Part shown: piece by piece, positions 52,605-62,458 of the stretch
Layout: each line of letters starts with the position of its first letter
Numbering within the stretch: position 1 is the first letter of the stretch
Source of the DNA: an uncultured Chloroflexia bacterium
GTDB taxonomy: Bacteria; Chloroflexota; Limnocylindria; QHBO01
Reading direction: 5' to 3'
Assembly: GCA_963827475.1 (NCBI GenBank)
Contig: CAWHAZ010000003.1
Location: 90,151-154,150, forward strand
Length of the DNA: 64,000 nucleotides
Program-made: the position numbers and the translations under genes
Notes under the pieces: model-generated
What the model was told of the DNA's origin: nothing
What the model saw: only the letters and a program-made list of their open reading frames with translations
The model's database searches: none

Positions 52605-52769
52605 CTACTTGGTTTCTCGATGCAGGGTGTGGTGCCGGCACCGGGGGCAGAACTTGTTCAGCTCCAGCCGGCCGGGGTCGTTCTTCTTGTTCTTCCGCGT
52701 GCTGTACGAGCGCTCCTTGCACTCGGTGCACGCGAGAGTGATGACCGGTCGGTTCTCGGCCTTGGCCAC
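52605..52769 (-). CDS. rpmG: 50S ribosomal protein L33 (Zn-binding form; not in the ORF track)
   Basis: Manual translation [54 protein letters not shown]. Confidence 0.96.
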   Translation of the reverse strand: MAKAENRPVITLACTECKERSYSTRKNKKNDPGRLELNKFCPRCRHHTLHRETK

Positions 52770-52839
52770 GGATTGAGTCCTTCAGGTTGTCCCCATCGGA
52801 CACGCCGAATAGAGGCCGGTCACCGGGGGAAGCCTGGTG

Positions 52840-52869
52840 ATGATATGGCTCAGCGCGACGGACTGTCAA
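52840..52869 (-). promoter_or_regulatory. Promoter for rpmG-trnW-secE-nusG
   Basis: TTGACA-N18-TATCAT overlapping the 3' end of the upstream gene. Confidence 0.6.
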
Positions 52870-53917
52870 CGACGTCAGGTAGCGCAGCCAGGTCACGCCG
52901 GACCAGGACGATCCGGGTGAACGGGAGTCGGATGTCGCTGAAGACCTCGATGCTGGCCAGGAAGCCGAGGAACAGGAAGGTGATGCCGAGCAGCTGGCCG
53001 ACGAAGAACGCGCTGGTCGTACCGAACCGATTGAGGCCATCGGTGATGGCCGGGATGAGCCCACCGATGGCGATGAGGATGGTCGCCGGGACGCGGCTCG
53101 AGAGGCGCCCGGCGAGGAGGGCGGCGATCGCGCCCGGGACGGACGCGATCAGGTTCACGACGATGGCGATCGGTGCGATGAGCAGGTTGGCCGCGAAGCG
53201 GATGGGTCCCTGGCTGGTTTCCAGGGAGTATCGGATCACGCGCCGCTTGGGCATGAAGATGTAGGCGCTGTACAGGGCGCCCAGGACCAGCAGGAATGCG
53301 CCGGTGATGTTGAAGAACGGCGTCAGGAGGCGGAGGTAGCCGGGGAACAGGTCGCCGGTCGGAATGCCGGTGGCTGGGTCGACGGCATAGCCCGGGGCCG
53401 GCAGCTGGACCGTCGCCATCATCACGGCCGACACCACGGTCCCGCCCACGACCACAGCCCCGGCGAGGTGCGCCCAGCGCTCGTCCCGACGAATGCTCAG
53501 GACGACAGAGCCGGAGGCGACAACCAGGCCCACCAGAAAATAGATGAGCGGCGCCGATCCGGAGTCGGGGTACTGGTAGCGCTGATCGGTCAGGAAGGTG
53601 AAGAGCCCGGCGAGGAGGATCGAGACCGCGAAGGCGTAGCCGAATCGCGTTCTCGCCAGCAGGTAGGCGGTGCCCAGGCCCAGCCAGCCGGCGACCCAGA
53701 TGGCGCCGACCAGGTACCAGGTGCGGTACAGCGGTTCGCTCCAGCCAACCGCCCCACCCAGGGCCTCCGTGCCGGCTGCGATGCCGAACCACACCAGCCC
53801 GATGGCCCAGACCAGCTGGTACGGCTGGCGGCGCCGGCTCCACTGGTCGGCCACCATGGCCGCAAAGCCGAATGCCAGGATCGATGAGAGGGACGGCAGG
53901 ACGACGTTCAGATCCAA
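52850..53917 (-). CDS. Uncharacterised multi-pass membrane protein
   Basis: About 9-10 hydrophobic segments; RRRQPYQLVWAIGL, WSEPLYRTWYLVGA; probable TTG start at 53917 after GGAG (the longer ORF runs into the tRNA). Confidence 0.75.
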   Translation of the reverse strand: MDLNVVLPSLSSILAFGFAAMVADQWSRRRQPYQLVWAIGLVWFGIAAGTEALGGAVGWSEPLYRTWYLVGAIWVAGWLGLGTAYLLARTRFGYAFAVSILLAGLFTFLTDQRYQYPDSGSAPLIYFLVGLVVASGSVVLSIRRDERWAHLAGAVVVGGTVVSAVMMATVQLPAPGYAVDPATGIPTGDLFPGYLRLLTPFFNITGAFLLVLGALYSAYIFMPKRRVIRYSLETSQGPIRFAANLLIAPIAIVVNLIASVPGAIAALLAGRLSSRVPATILIAIGGLIPAITDGLNRFGTTSAFFVGQLLGITFLFLGFLASIEVFSDIRLPFTRIVLVRRDLAALPDVVDSPSR

Positions 53918-53946
53918 GGCCGTGCTGTCTCCGTGGATGCGAAGCA

Positions 53947-54022
53947 TGGAGCCCACGTCCGGGCTCGAACCGGAGACCTCATCCTTACCAAGGATGTGCT
54001 CTGCCAACTGAGCTACGTGGGC
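53947..54022 (-). tRNA. tRNA-Thr(GGT)
   Basis: Cloverleaf with anticodon arm CATCC-TTGGTAA-GGATG, GTTCGAG T-loop, CCA end. Confidence 0.97.
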
Positions 54023-54040
54023 CTGGCGTCCATTCTAGGG

Positions 54041-54126
54041 TGGTGGGCAGGGAGGGAATCGAACCCCCACAGTCGAAAGACGGCTGATCTACAGTCAGCG
54101 GAGCTCACCACCTGCTCAACCTACCC
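54041..54126 (-). tRNA. tRNA-Tyr(GTA), atypical
   Basis: Acceptor GGGTAGG/CCTGCCC, anticodon arm GCTGA-CTGTAGA-TCAGC, variable arm GTC-TTTC-GAC, A73 and CCA. Confidence 0.92.
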
Positions 54127-54177
54127 ACGGTGGGAGGCGGAGTATACCGATGCCTCCCGCGGCGCGCTCAACAGGGT

Positions 54178-54252
54178 TGGAGCCGACGGAGGGAATCGAA
54201 CCCACAACCGGCGGTTTACAAAACCGCTGCTCTGCCGTTGAGCTACGTCGGC
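54178..54252 (-). tRNA. tRNA-Thr(TGT)
   Basis: Cloverleaf with anticodon arm GCGGT-TTTGTAA-ACCGC, CCA end. Confidence 0.97.
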
Positions 54253-54253
54253 C

Positions 54254-55003
54254 TCAGGTCGCCGATTCTATCCCCCGCTGACGCACGACCTCGAACAGGA
54301 GCAGGGCGCCAGCGGCCGCGGCATTGAGGCTGGCCACGCGGCCGGCCATCGGGAAGCGGACGAGGACGTCGCACCGCCGGCGGGTCGCGCCGGTGAGGCC
54401 GGCCCCCTCCCCGCCCACGACGACCGCGATCGGTCCGCCAAGGTCCGTGTCCCAGGCCAGCGCGGGCGCGTCCTGGTCGGCGGCGACCAGTCGCAGGCCG
54501 CGAGTCTTGAGGTCCGCAAGGGTCGCGCCGAGACTGTCGACAGGGGCCAAACGCAGGTGCTCGCTCGCCCCGGCCGAGGACTTCACCGCGGCCGCGCTGA
54601 GCGGAGCCGACCCACGCTCGGGAAAGATCACGCCGTCCACGCCGGCCGCCTCCGCGGTTCGCAGGACAGCGCCCAGGTTGACCGGGTCCTGGAGCTGCTC
54701 GAGCACGAGGATGAAGGGTGGTCTGGCCGCGGCGGACGAGGCGGCGAGGATCTCCATCGGGTCGGACCAGCGGCGCGGCTCGACCTCGAGCAGGACTCCC
54801 TGGTGCCCATCAAAGCCGGCGAGGCGGGCGAGACGGTCACGCTCGATCTCCTCGACCGGGACCGATGCCTGCGCGGCGGCGGCCCGCAGCGCCCGGAGCT
54901 CCGGGGTCGTGCCCGACCCGCGCGCGATGAGCAGGCGACGGGCGGTCCGGCCGGCCGCGAGAGCCTCGGCCACAGGGTGGCGGCCGCCGATCCACTCGCT
55001 CAC
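54254..55003 (-). CDS. rlmB: 23S rRNA Gm2251 methyltransferase RlmB (SpoU family)
   Basis: GRHPVAEAL, HQGV, QDPVNLGAVLRTA, VGGEGAGL, SLNAAAA; GTG start at 55003. Confidence 0.9.
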   Translation of the reverse strand: MSEWIGGRHPVAEALAAGRTARRLLIARGSGTTPELRALRAAAAQASVPVEEIERDRLARLAGFDGHQGVLLEVEPRRWSDPMEILAASSAAARPPFILVLEQLQDPVNLGAVLRTAEAAGVDGVIFPERGSAPLSAAAVKSSAGASEHLRLAPVDSLGATLADLKTRGLRLVAADQDAPALAWDTDLGGPIAVVVGGEGAGLTGATRRRCDVLVRFPMAGRVASLNAAAAGALLLFEVVRQRGIESAT

Positions 55004-56232
55004 GCGGTGCGCTCGACCGTGACTACCGCCCAAGCCGCGATCCCCTCCGAGCCGGCGAACCCCAGCTCGTCACTGGTCGTGCCGCGGACGGTGACCGACG
55101 CCGCCGGCAGGCCGATGCGCTCGGCGATCCGCCCCACCATCTCATCGCGCCGCGGTGCGATCGCCGGACGGGCGGCCGCGATCGCGAGGTCGACACCCCG
55201 CGGCATCCAGCCTGCGGTGCGCACCGCTTCAGCCGCGCGGCGCAGCAGGTCCGCGGAGTCCGCGCCCTCCCAGGCCGGGTCGTCGGGCGGGAACACGGTG
55301 CCGATGTCGCCGAGCGCTGCTGCCCCAAGCAGGGCATCGATCACGGCGTGGAGGGCGGCGTCTCCGTCCGAGTGGCCGACCAGGCCCCGCGGCTCGCCAG
55401 GGAAGTCCAATCCGCCGAGCCGAAGGGCGCGGCCGGCCTCGAGGCGGTGGGCGTCGAAGCCCACGCCTGCCCGGGCGAGCCCGAGCGGTCCAACCAGTTT
55501 CGCGCTGGATGGGGCGTGAGCCGGCGCGGCGCGGGCCCGAAGCAGGGCGCCAAGCAGGGGCAGGTCGTCGGGGTCGGTCAGCTTGCGGTTGCCTGGGTCA
55601 CCCGGGACCACTCGGACGGGGACGCTGATCAGGGCAAGGGCCGCGGCCTCGTCTGTCGGGTCCTGGCCCTGGGCCCGGGCGGCGTCCAGGGCAGCTCGCA
55701 AGATCCCGAGACTGGCGGCCTGCGGGGTCTGGGCGCCGAACAGCTCCGAGCGATCCACGGTCTCGACCACCAACCCGTCCCGGACCCGCTTCAGCGTGTC
55801 GTGGACCGCAACCACCGGGATCGCTCCGGCTCCATCAGTGGCGGCCGCGGCCACCTCGGTCATGAGCGCCGCCGTGGCCGCCGGTCGTGCAGCATCGTGG
55901 ACAAGGACGACCGTTCCATCAGTCACTCCGGCATCGGTCAATGCCTGCAGGCCTGCGCGGACGGAGTCGGCGCGAACCTCACCTCCGGCGACCAGCCGGC
56001 ATCGGTCAGCGGCGGATGAGGGGATGGCCGTGGCGAATCGGTCCATGCCATCCGGAGGCACCATCACGGCAACCACCGACATGCCCGGAACGGCGAGCAG
56101 CGCGTCGAGGCTCCAGCGCCAGATGGCGCGGCCGAGCGGCTCGTGCCAGAGCTTGTCCGGGCCGCTCCCCATCCGGCGGCCGCGACCGGCCGCCACCAGC
56201 ACCCCGGCGAGCGGGGAGGTGGCCTCGGTCAC
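55000..56232 (-). CDS. ispDF: Bifunctional IspD/IspF
   Basis: IspD: AAGRGRRMG, VHDAARP, AQTPQ; IspF: GFDAHRL, GHSDGDAALHA.IDALLGA, DIGTVFP. Confidence 0.92.
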   Translation of the reverse strand: MTEATSPLAGVLVAAGRGRRMGSGPDKLWHEPLGRAIWRWSLDALLAVPGMSVVAVMVPPDGMDRFATAIPSSAADRCRLVAGGEVRADSVRAGLQALTDAGVTDGTVVLVHDAARPAATAALMTEVAAAATDGAGAIPVVAVHDTLKRVRDGLVVETVDRSELFGAQTPQAASLGILRAALDAARAQGQDPTDEAAALALISVPVRVVPGDPGNRKLTDPDDLPLLGALLRARAAPAHAPSSAKLVGPLGLARAGVGFDAHRLEAGRALRLGGLDFPGEPRGLVGHSDGDAALHAVIDALLGAAALGDIGTVFPPDDPAWEGADSADLLRRAAEAVRTAGWMPRGVDLAIAAARPAIAPRRDEMVGRIAERIGLPAASVTVRGTTSDELGFAGSEGIAAWAVVTVERTA

Positions 56233-57272
56233 GCCTCGCGGGGCTGGGCGAAGATCATCCGGCCGGCCACCGTCTGGAGGACGCGGGTGACCGTGATCGG
56301 GACCTCGGTGTCGATGAACCGGCTGCCGCCCTCGACCACGATCATCGTGCCGTCCTCGAGGTAGCCCACGCCCTGGCCGGGCTCCTTGCCCTCCTGGATG
56401 ATGCGCACGCTGAGCTCCTCGCCGGGATGGACGACCGCCTTCACCGCGTTCGCCAGCTCGTTGATGTTCAGGACCCTGATGCCCTGCAGCTCAGCCACCC
56501 GGTTGAGGTTGTAGTCGTTGGTCAGGATCGCGGCCCCCGTGTCGCGGGCAAGCGCCACGAGCTTGGCGTCCACCTCGTCGAGCTCCGGGTAGCTCGCCTC
56601 GCTGATCTCGACCGGCGTGACCGAGTCCTTCTGCAGGGCAGACAGCATCTCGAGCCCGCGGCGGCCACGGTTGCGGCGCAGCGCGTCGGGCGAGTCGGCG
56701 ATGCGCTGGAGCTCGTCGAGGACGAACCGGGGCGCGACCAGCGAGCCGAGGATGAAGCCGGTCTTGCCGATGTCCACGATCCGCCCGTCGATGACCGCGC
56801 TGGTGTCCACCACGACCTTGTTCGGGACGCCGCGTCGCCCTCCGGGGAGCGCACCGCCGAGCAGGTTCATGATCGCGTCCCGCTTGTAGACGAAGGCACC
56901 GGCCATGATCGCCGCCAGCGCGAGGGAGACGACCACGGGGAGCCACGCGCCGACTTCCCCGCCGACCGCCGACAGCGGGATCCCGATCAACGCCCCCATC
57001 AGCAGACCGATGATGAGGCCGATGACGCCGAGGACGAAGTCGGATGCCTCTGCCTCCGACAACCGACCGACGGCCCACCGGGTTGGGTACAGGGTCACGT
57101 AGGGAATGGCCAGGTAGCCGAACAGGAGCGCGGCGACGACGATGGCAACCAGGAACGCCGGCCGGTTGGCCGGATCGATCAGGTCGCCGGTGCGGTCGAG
57201 GATGAGCAGCCCGAGGCCGAACCCCAGGATGATGCCCAGCAGCGCCCCCGACAGGCGGACGATGTTCTGCAT
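56229..57272 (-). CDS. Membrane-anchored PIN/TRAM domain protein (YacL-like)
   Basis: Four TM segments, VDTSAVIDGRI, TNDYNLNRVA, GVGYLEDGTMIVVE, LQTVAGRMIFA. Confidence 0.93.
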   Translation of the reverse strand: MQNIVRLSGALLGIILGFGLGLLILDRTGDLIDPANRPAFLVAIVVAALLFGYLAIPYVTLYPTRWAVGRLSEAEASDFVLGVIGLIIGLLMGALIGIPLSAVGGEVGAWLPVVVSLALAAIMAGAFVYKRDAIMNLLGGALPGGRRGVPNKVVVDTSAVIDGRIVDIGKTGFILGSLVAPRFVLDELQRIADSPDALRRNRGRRGLEMLSALQKDSVTPVEISEASYPELDEVDAKLVALARDTGAAILTNDYNLNRVAELQGIRVLNINELANAVKAVVHPGEELSVRIIQEGKEPGQGVGYLEDGTMIVVEGGSRFIDTEVPITVTRVLQTVAGRMIFAQPREA

Positions 57273-57435
57273 GAGATTGATGAGTCCGTGTGGTGGCCGT
57301 CGCGCGAGCCGGTCACGGTGGATGAAACCGATGAATTCAGGATGAAAGCCGCGCGGATCCCGCCGAGGCGGGCGGCCACACTAGCACTCCATTCCACACC
57401 AGTCCAGACCGGCCCCGACGGCCGATGGTCCGGGT

Positions 57436-59913
57436 TCAGCTGCCGACTTTGACCGGCTGCTTGCGGGTGGTCTTCTTGCCGATTGTGACGTTACCCTCGG
57501 CGTCGGCGTCGACCACGATCTTGTCCCCCGGGCCGAACTCTGCCTGGAGCAGCCGCCCCGCGAGCGGATCTTCGATCAGGTGCTGGATCTCCCGGCGGAG
57601 CGGTCGGGCGCCGAAGGCCGGGTCGAAGCCCTTGGTGATGATCGCCTCCTTGGCCGCGTCGGTGACGGTGAGCTCCATCTGCTGGGCGGCGACCTGCTCG
57701 AGGACGCGAGCCAGCTGGAGGTCGACGATGGACCCCATCTCCTCGCGGGTCAGGCTGTGGAAGACGACCGTGGCGTCGATCCGGTTGAGGAACTCGGGGC
57801 GGAACAGGTTCTTCAGCTCGCCCAGGACCTTGTCCTTCATCCGGTCGTACTCGGCCACCGCCGCGGCGGCCTCGTCGCCGCCCGCGCGGAAGCCGATCGA
57901 CGAGTCCCGCTGCAGGAGCTGGGCGCCGACGTTGCTGGTCATGATCACGATCGTGTTCCGGAAGTCCACGCGGCGGCCCTTGGCATCGGTCAGCTGGCCG
58001 TCTTCGAGGATCTGGAGCAGGATGTTGAAGACCTCCGGGTGCGCCTTCTCGATCTCGTCGAGGAGCACCACGCTGTAGCTCTTCCGGCGCACGGCTTCGG
58101 TCAGCTGGCCACCTTCGTCGTAACCGACATAGCCGGGGGGAGCACCGACCAGGCGCGAGACGTTGTGGCGCTCCATGAACTCGCTCATGTCGAGCTTCAC
58201 GAGCATGTCTTCCGAGCCGAACATGAACTCGGCCAGGGCCCGCGCGAGCTCGGTCTTGCCCACGCCTGTGGGTCCGAGGAACACGAACGAGCCGATGGGG
58301 CGCTTGGGGTCCTTCAGGCCGGCGCGCGCCCGACGGACGGCGGAGCTGATCGTACTGATCGCCTCCTCCTGGCCGATGACCCGCTTGTGCAGCGCGTCCT
58401 CCATCTGGAGCAGGCGTTCCTTCTCCTCCTGGCTGATGCGGACAACCGGGATGCCGGTCCACATGCTGACGACCTGGGCGATCTCCTCGTCGTCGACTTC
58501 CGGTGTCTCCTTGGCCGCCTCCTCGTGCCACGCCTTGCGCAGCTCGTCGATCCGCTCACGGCCCGAGGCCTCCTCGTCGCGGAGGCGGGCCGCGCCCTCA
58601 TAGTCCTGGCCCGCGATCGCCTCGTCCTTGCGCTTGATGATCTCCTCGAGGTCCTGCTGCGCTTCCTTGACATTCGGAGGCGCCGACGCGTGGCGGAGCC
58701 GCACCCGCGACCCGGCCTCGTCGATCAGGTCGATGGCCTTGTCGGGGAGCGCCCGGTCGGCGACGTAGCGGACCGAGAGGTCGACCGCAGCGCGGAGCGC
58801 CTCATCGGTGTACTTGACGTGGTGGTGCTCCTCATACCGCGCACGGATGCCGAGCAGGATCTCGTTGGCCTGGTCGACGGTCGGCTCATCGACCATCACC
58901 GGCTGGAAGCGCCGCTCGAGGGCGGCGTCCTTCTCGATGTACTTGCGGTACTCGTCGAGGGTCGTGGCCCCGATGCACTGGAGCTCGCCGCGGGACAGCG
59001 GCGGCTTCAGGATGTTCGCCGCGTCGATCGCGCCCTCCGCCGCACCGGCCCCGACCAGGGTGTGCAGCTCATCGATGAACAGGACCGAGTCACTGCTCGA
59101 CCGCAGCTCCTCGATGATCTTCTTCAGCCGCTCCTCGAACTCGCCGCGGTACTTCGTCCCGGCCACCAGCGAACCGATGTCCAGGGTCAGCACCCGCTTG
59201 TCGAGGAGCGTGTCGGGCACGTCGCCGGACACGATCCGATGGGCGAGCGCCTCGGCGATGGCCGTCTTGCCCACGCCCGGCTCCCCGATGAGGGCCGGGT
59301 TGTTCTTCGTCTTGCGTCCGAGGATCTGGATGACCCGCTCGATCTCCTTCTCCCGACCGATGACCGGGTCCAGCTTCCCGGACCGGGCCAGCTCGGTGAG
59401 GTTGATCCCCAGCTGGTCGAGGGTCGGGGTCTTCGACGAGCGCTTCGGCTCCTGGGCGGGAGCATTGGCGCTCGACTGGGACAGGACGTGAATAACCTGG
59501 TGGCGGACCTTGTCGAGGTTCACGCCGAGGCTCTCGAGCACGCCGGCCGCGATTCCCTCGCCCTCGCGGACGAGGCCCAGCAGGAGGTGCTCGGTGCCGA
59601 TGTAGTTGTGGCCGAGGCGCCGCGCCTCGTCGATCGCCAGCTCGATGACCCGCTTGGCGCGCGGCGTGAGGCCGACCTCGCCGACGACCGGACGCTCTCC
59701 CCGACCGATGATGAACTCGACCGCCTGCCGCACCTTCGACAGCTCGACGTTCATGTTCTCGAGAACGCGCGCGGCGACCCCCTCGCCCTCCCGCACCAGC
59801 CCGAGCAGGAGATGCTCGGTCCCGATGTAGTTGTGGTTGAAGCGCTGTGCTTCATCCTGGGCCAGGGTCAGGACCTTGCGTGCCCGGTCAGTGAACTTGT
59901 CGAAACGGTCCAT
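57436..59913 (-). CDS. clpC: ATP-dependent Clp protease ATPase ClpC
   Basis: Two ClpN repeats ([13 protein letters not shown]), [19 protein letters not shown]-like middle domain, IGF loop; ATG at 59913. Confidence 0.97.
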   Translation of the reverse strand: MDRFDKFTDRARKVLTLAQDEAQRFNHNYIGTEHLLLGLVREGEGVAARVLENMNVELSKVRQAVEFIIGRGERPVVGEVGLTPRAKRVIELAIDEARRLGHNYIGTEHLLLGLVREGEGIAAGVLESLGVNLDKVRHQVIHVLSQSSANAPAQEPKRSSKTPTLDQLGINLTELARSGKLDPVIGREKEIERVIQILGRKTKNNPALIGEPGVGKTAIAEALAHRIVSGDVPDTLLDKRVLTLDIGSLVAGTKYRGEFEERLKKIIEELRSSSDSVLFIDELHTLVGAGAAEGAIDAANILKPPLSRGELQCIGATTLDEYRKYIEKDAALERRFQPVMVDEPTVDQANEILLGIRARYEEHHHVKYTDEALRAAVDLSVRYVADRALPDKAIDLIDEAGSRVRLRHASAPPNVKEAQQDLEEIIKRKDEAIAGQDYEGAARLRDEEASGRERIDELRKAWHEEAAKETPEVDDEEIAQVVSMWTGIPVVRISQEEKERLLQMEDALHKRVIGQEEAISTISSAVRRARAGLKDPKRPIGSFVFLGPTGVGKTELARALAEFMFGSEDMLVKLDMSEFMERHNVSRLVGAPPGYVGYDEGGQLTEAVRRKSYSVVLLDEIEKAHPEVFNILLQILEDGQLTDAKGRRVDFRNTIVIMTSNVGAQLLQRDSSIGFRAGGDEAAAAVAEYDRMKDKVLGELKNLFRPEFLNRIDATVVFHSLTREEMGSIVDLQLARVLEQVAAQQMELTVTDAAKEAIITKGFDPAFGARPLRREIQHLIEDPLAGRLLQAEFGPGDKIVVDADAEGNVTIGKKTTRKQPVKVGS

Positions 59914-60050
59914 AAGCCTCGTCCTTGAGTGTACGGCACCGCCTGTGCGCCGGTGTCCCATGCCGCTCAGGGTGGGTCAATAGGTGATACGGGCCATCCA
60001 GCCCAATGGATCAGTGCTGCGGATGACGCGCGTGCCGGCCCACGGCCGGC

Positions 60051-62245
60051 TCAACCCTCGGCGGGTTCGCTCGATGCGCTGTCCTCTGCGGCATCCGGGG
60101 CCGGCTCTTCGTCCGGCTTGTCGGCGCTCTTCGCGGTTCGCTTCCGACTCTTCGCGGGCGGGGCAGCGGCCTCGTCGGCGGTATCGGCCTCGGCCTCCGC
60201 CACGGGCTCGGCGGCGGCCTCGATTGCCGGCTCGGCGGCGGCCTCGGTAACCGGCTCGGCGGCGGCCTCGGTAACCGGCTCGGCGGCGGCCTCGGTAACC
60301 GGCTCGGCGGCAGCTTCTCGCGGCGGGCGTGTCTGCAGACTCCTCGACTGCCTCAGCCGCTGGGGCTTCGGCCGGCGGCGCTTCCTCGGCTACCGCGTCT
60401 CCGGTCGGCGCTTCGGCCGGGGCTTCCGCTCCGGGCTCATCGGTCCGGAACTGGTCGAGGAGACCCGACTCGGCGAATGCCGCGGCCATCGTGTTGTCGA
60501 TGCCCTCCTCGGGCTCGGCCGTGGCGTCCTCGGGCCGGTAGTCGCGGTCCCGCCGGTCGCGGCGATCTCGCCGCGGACCCCGGTCACTCCGTTCGGCCCG
60601 GTCGCTCCGCTCGGTACGATCGGCAGGCCGCGGTCCTCGCTCCGACCCGTCGCCGCCGTCGCCCGAGGGGGCTTCGGTCATTTCGTAGGACGGCTGGACG
60701 GTTGGGGTGGATCGGTCTTCGGTCTGCTTCAGGCTCAGGCCGAGCCGATGGCGCTCGGAGTCGAGGCTGATGATCTTCAGCTGGAGCTGCTGGCCTTCCT
60801 GGACGACGTCACCCGGATGGGCGACCCGGCTGTTCGACAGCTCGCTGATGTGGATCAGGCCCTCGAGGCCCTCCTCGATCCGCACGAACGCGCCGAAGTT
60901 CACCAGCTTGGTGACCGTGCCCTCGATGACGTCGCCGATCTTGTACTTCGCCACCGACTCCTGCCACGGGTCGGGCTGGAGGCGTCGGATCGAGAGACTG
61001 ATCCGGCCACGCTCGTGGTTGATGTCGATGACCTCGGCCTCGACCTGCTCACCGATGGCGTAGGCGGTCTCCGGGTTGTTGACCTTGTTCCACGAGAGCT
61101 CGCTCTTGTGGACGAGTCCATCGATCCCGCCGAGATCGACGAACACGCCGAACGGCGCGATGCTGCGGACCGTGCCCTGCACCCGCTGCCCGACGTTCAG
61201 GGAGCTGAAGAGCTCGTCGCGCTTCTCGCGGCGCTCCTCGTAGACCGCGACCTTCTCCGACAGGATGAGCCGATTCGCCTTGCGGTTGACCTCGAGGATC
61301 TTCAAGCGGAGCGTTCGGCCGACGAACGGCTGGAGCTTCTCCGCGATCTCCTGGGCCGCGTCGCGGGGCTGCTCGTCGCGCGGGCGGCGCGGGAAGTCGA
61401 CGATCTGGGAGATGGGGACGAACCCCCGGACCCCGAGGTCCACGATCAGCCCGCCCTTGTTGTGGTCGATGACGCGGGCCTCCACGATCTCGCCCGCCTC
61501 GAAGCGCTCCTGCATGGCGCGCCACTTCCGCTCCAGGCCGGCGCGCCGGACGGAGAGGACGGCATGGCCCTCGGGCGACTCGGGCTGGAGGACGTAGACC
61601 AGGACCGGGTCGCCGACCTTCAGCTCCTGGCGCGGCTCGTCGCCTTCGCGCGGGCCGCCGCGGCGACCCAGCAGCTCGCGGTTGGACACCACGCCCTCGG
61701 ATTTGCCGCCAAAGTCGACCAGCAGCTCGTCGGGGTCGATCCGGACGACTGTTCCCTCCACCACATCGCCATGGCGAAGGTTCTTCACCTCATGGTCGGG
61801 GTGGTCCATGAACTCTTGCATGGTGGTCGGCTCGGGGAGCGCTGGCGCTTCCGTGGCCGGCTCCTCCGTGGCCGGCTCGTCCGCTGGCCGGCTCAGCGGG
61901 TACCGCCTCATCGGTCGTCGGCTCCTCGGCCGTGTCCTCGACAATTTCGGCGGCTTCGGCCGCCTCCGCCGCCACGACCACGGCCTCGATTGCCTCAGCC
62001 AGCTCGACCTCGGCGACGGCCTGGGCCTCCAGGGCCTCCGCCACCTCGACCGCGGCGACAGCCTCGGTCGCGTCGGCCACGGCGCGGGCCTCGTCCGCCG
62101 GATCCGGCTCGGGCTCGGGCTCCGCGACCATGGTCGCGGCCTCGGTGCTCGGGCTGGTCGGCTCGTCCGTCATGTCCACCGCCGAAGTGGTTCCGGCCGA
62201 CGACGGTTCATCGGTCGGGGCGGCGGGCTGCGGGTCTTCGTCCAA
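60051..62245 (-). CDS. rpsA: 30S ribosomal protein S1 (4 S1 domains) with long acidic termini; two apparent frameshifts near 61885 and 60318
   Basis: GDVVEGTV, NKGGLIVDLGVRGFVPISQI, FGVFVDLGGIDGLVHKSELSW, FGAFVRIEEGLEGLIHISELS; TTG at 62245 with AGGAG RBS; restored stop at 60051. Confidence 0.9.
60203..60313. repeat. 24-bp tandem repeat (ccggctcggcggcggcctcggtaa), about 4.5 copies, encoding EAAAEPVT
   Basis: Seen directly in the S1 C-terminal tail. Confidence 0.9.
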
Positions 62246-62279
62246 GTGCGTTTGGCTCCTGTCGGTGTCGGTCTCCCTG

Positions 62280-62311
62280 AAAACAAAACCGCCCTCCGCA
62301 TGCGGAGGGCG
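62280..62311 (-). terminator. Intrinsic terminator-like hairpin within the rpsA 5' leader
   Basis: Perfect palindrome CGCCCTCCGCATGCGGAGGGCG followed by GTTTTGTTTT, about 35 nt before the rpsA start. Confidence 0.7.
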
Positions 62312-62458
62312 TCAGCCCGGATTGTGAACGGTCCTGGTCCTCGTGAAGACGACTCGGTGCTCTCCTCCTGGGCGATCTGACGGGCGTCCCGCACGTTATT
62401 GGGGTTGTTCTGTTCAGAGGCCGGCGTAGCATACCATCCGGGTCAATGGTGGCCGATC

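Noticed and set aside
52850-54022. Integrated element at tRNA-Thr
   Set aside because: No integrase, no duplicated tRNA 3' end, and only a single gene follows
57277-57330. Hammerhead-like TGATGAG-stem-GAAAC on the plus strand
   Set aside because: C3 is missing, no convincing stems I and III or cleavage triplet could be formed, and it is antisense to the local transcript
60203-60313. Regular 24-bp repeats (also the 18-bp repeats at 28930-29035) resembling a CRISPR array
   Set aside because: No unique spacers, unit length is a multiple of 3 within coding tails, and no cas genes are present
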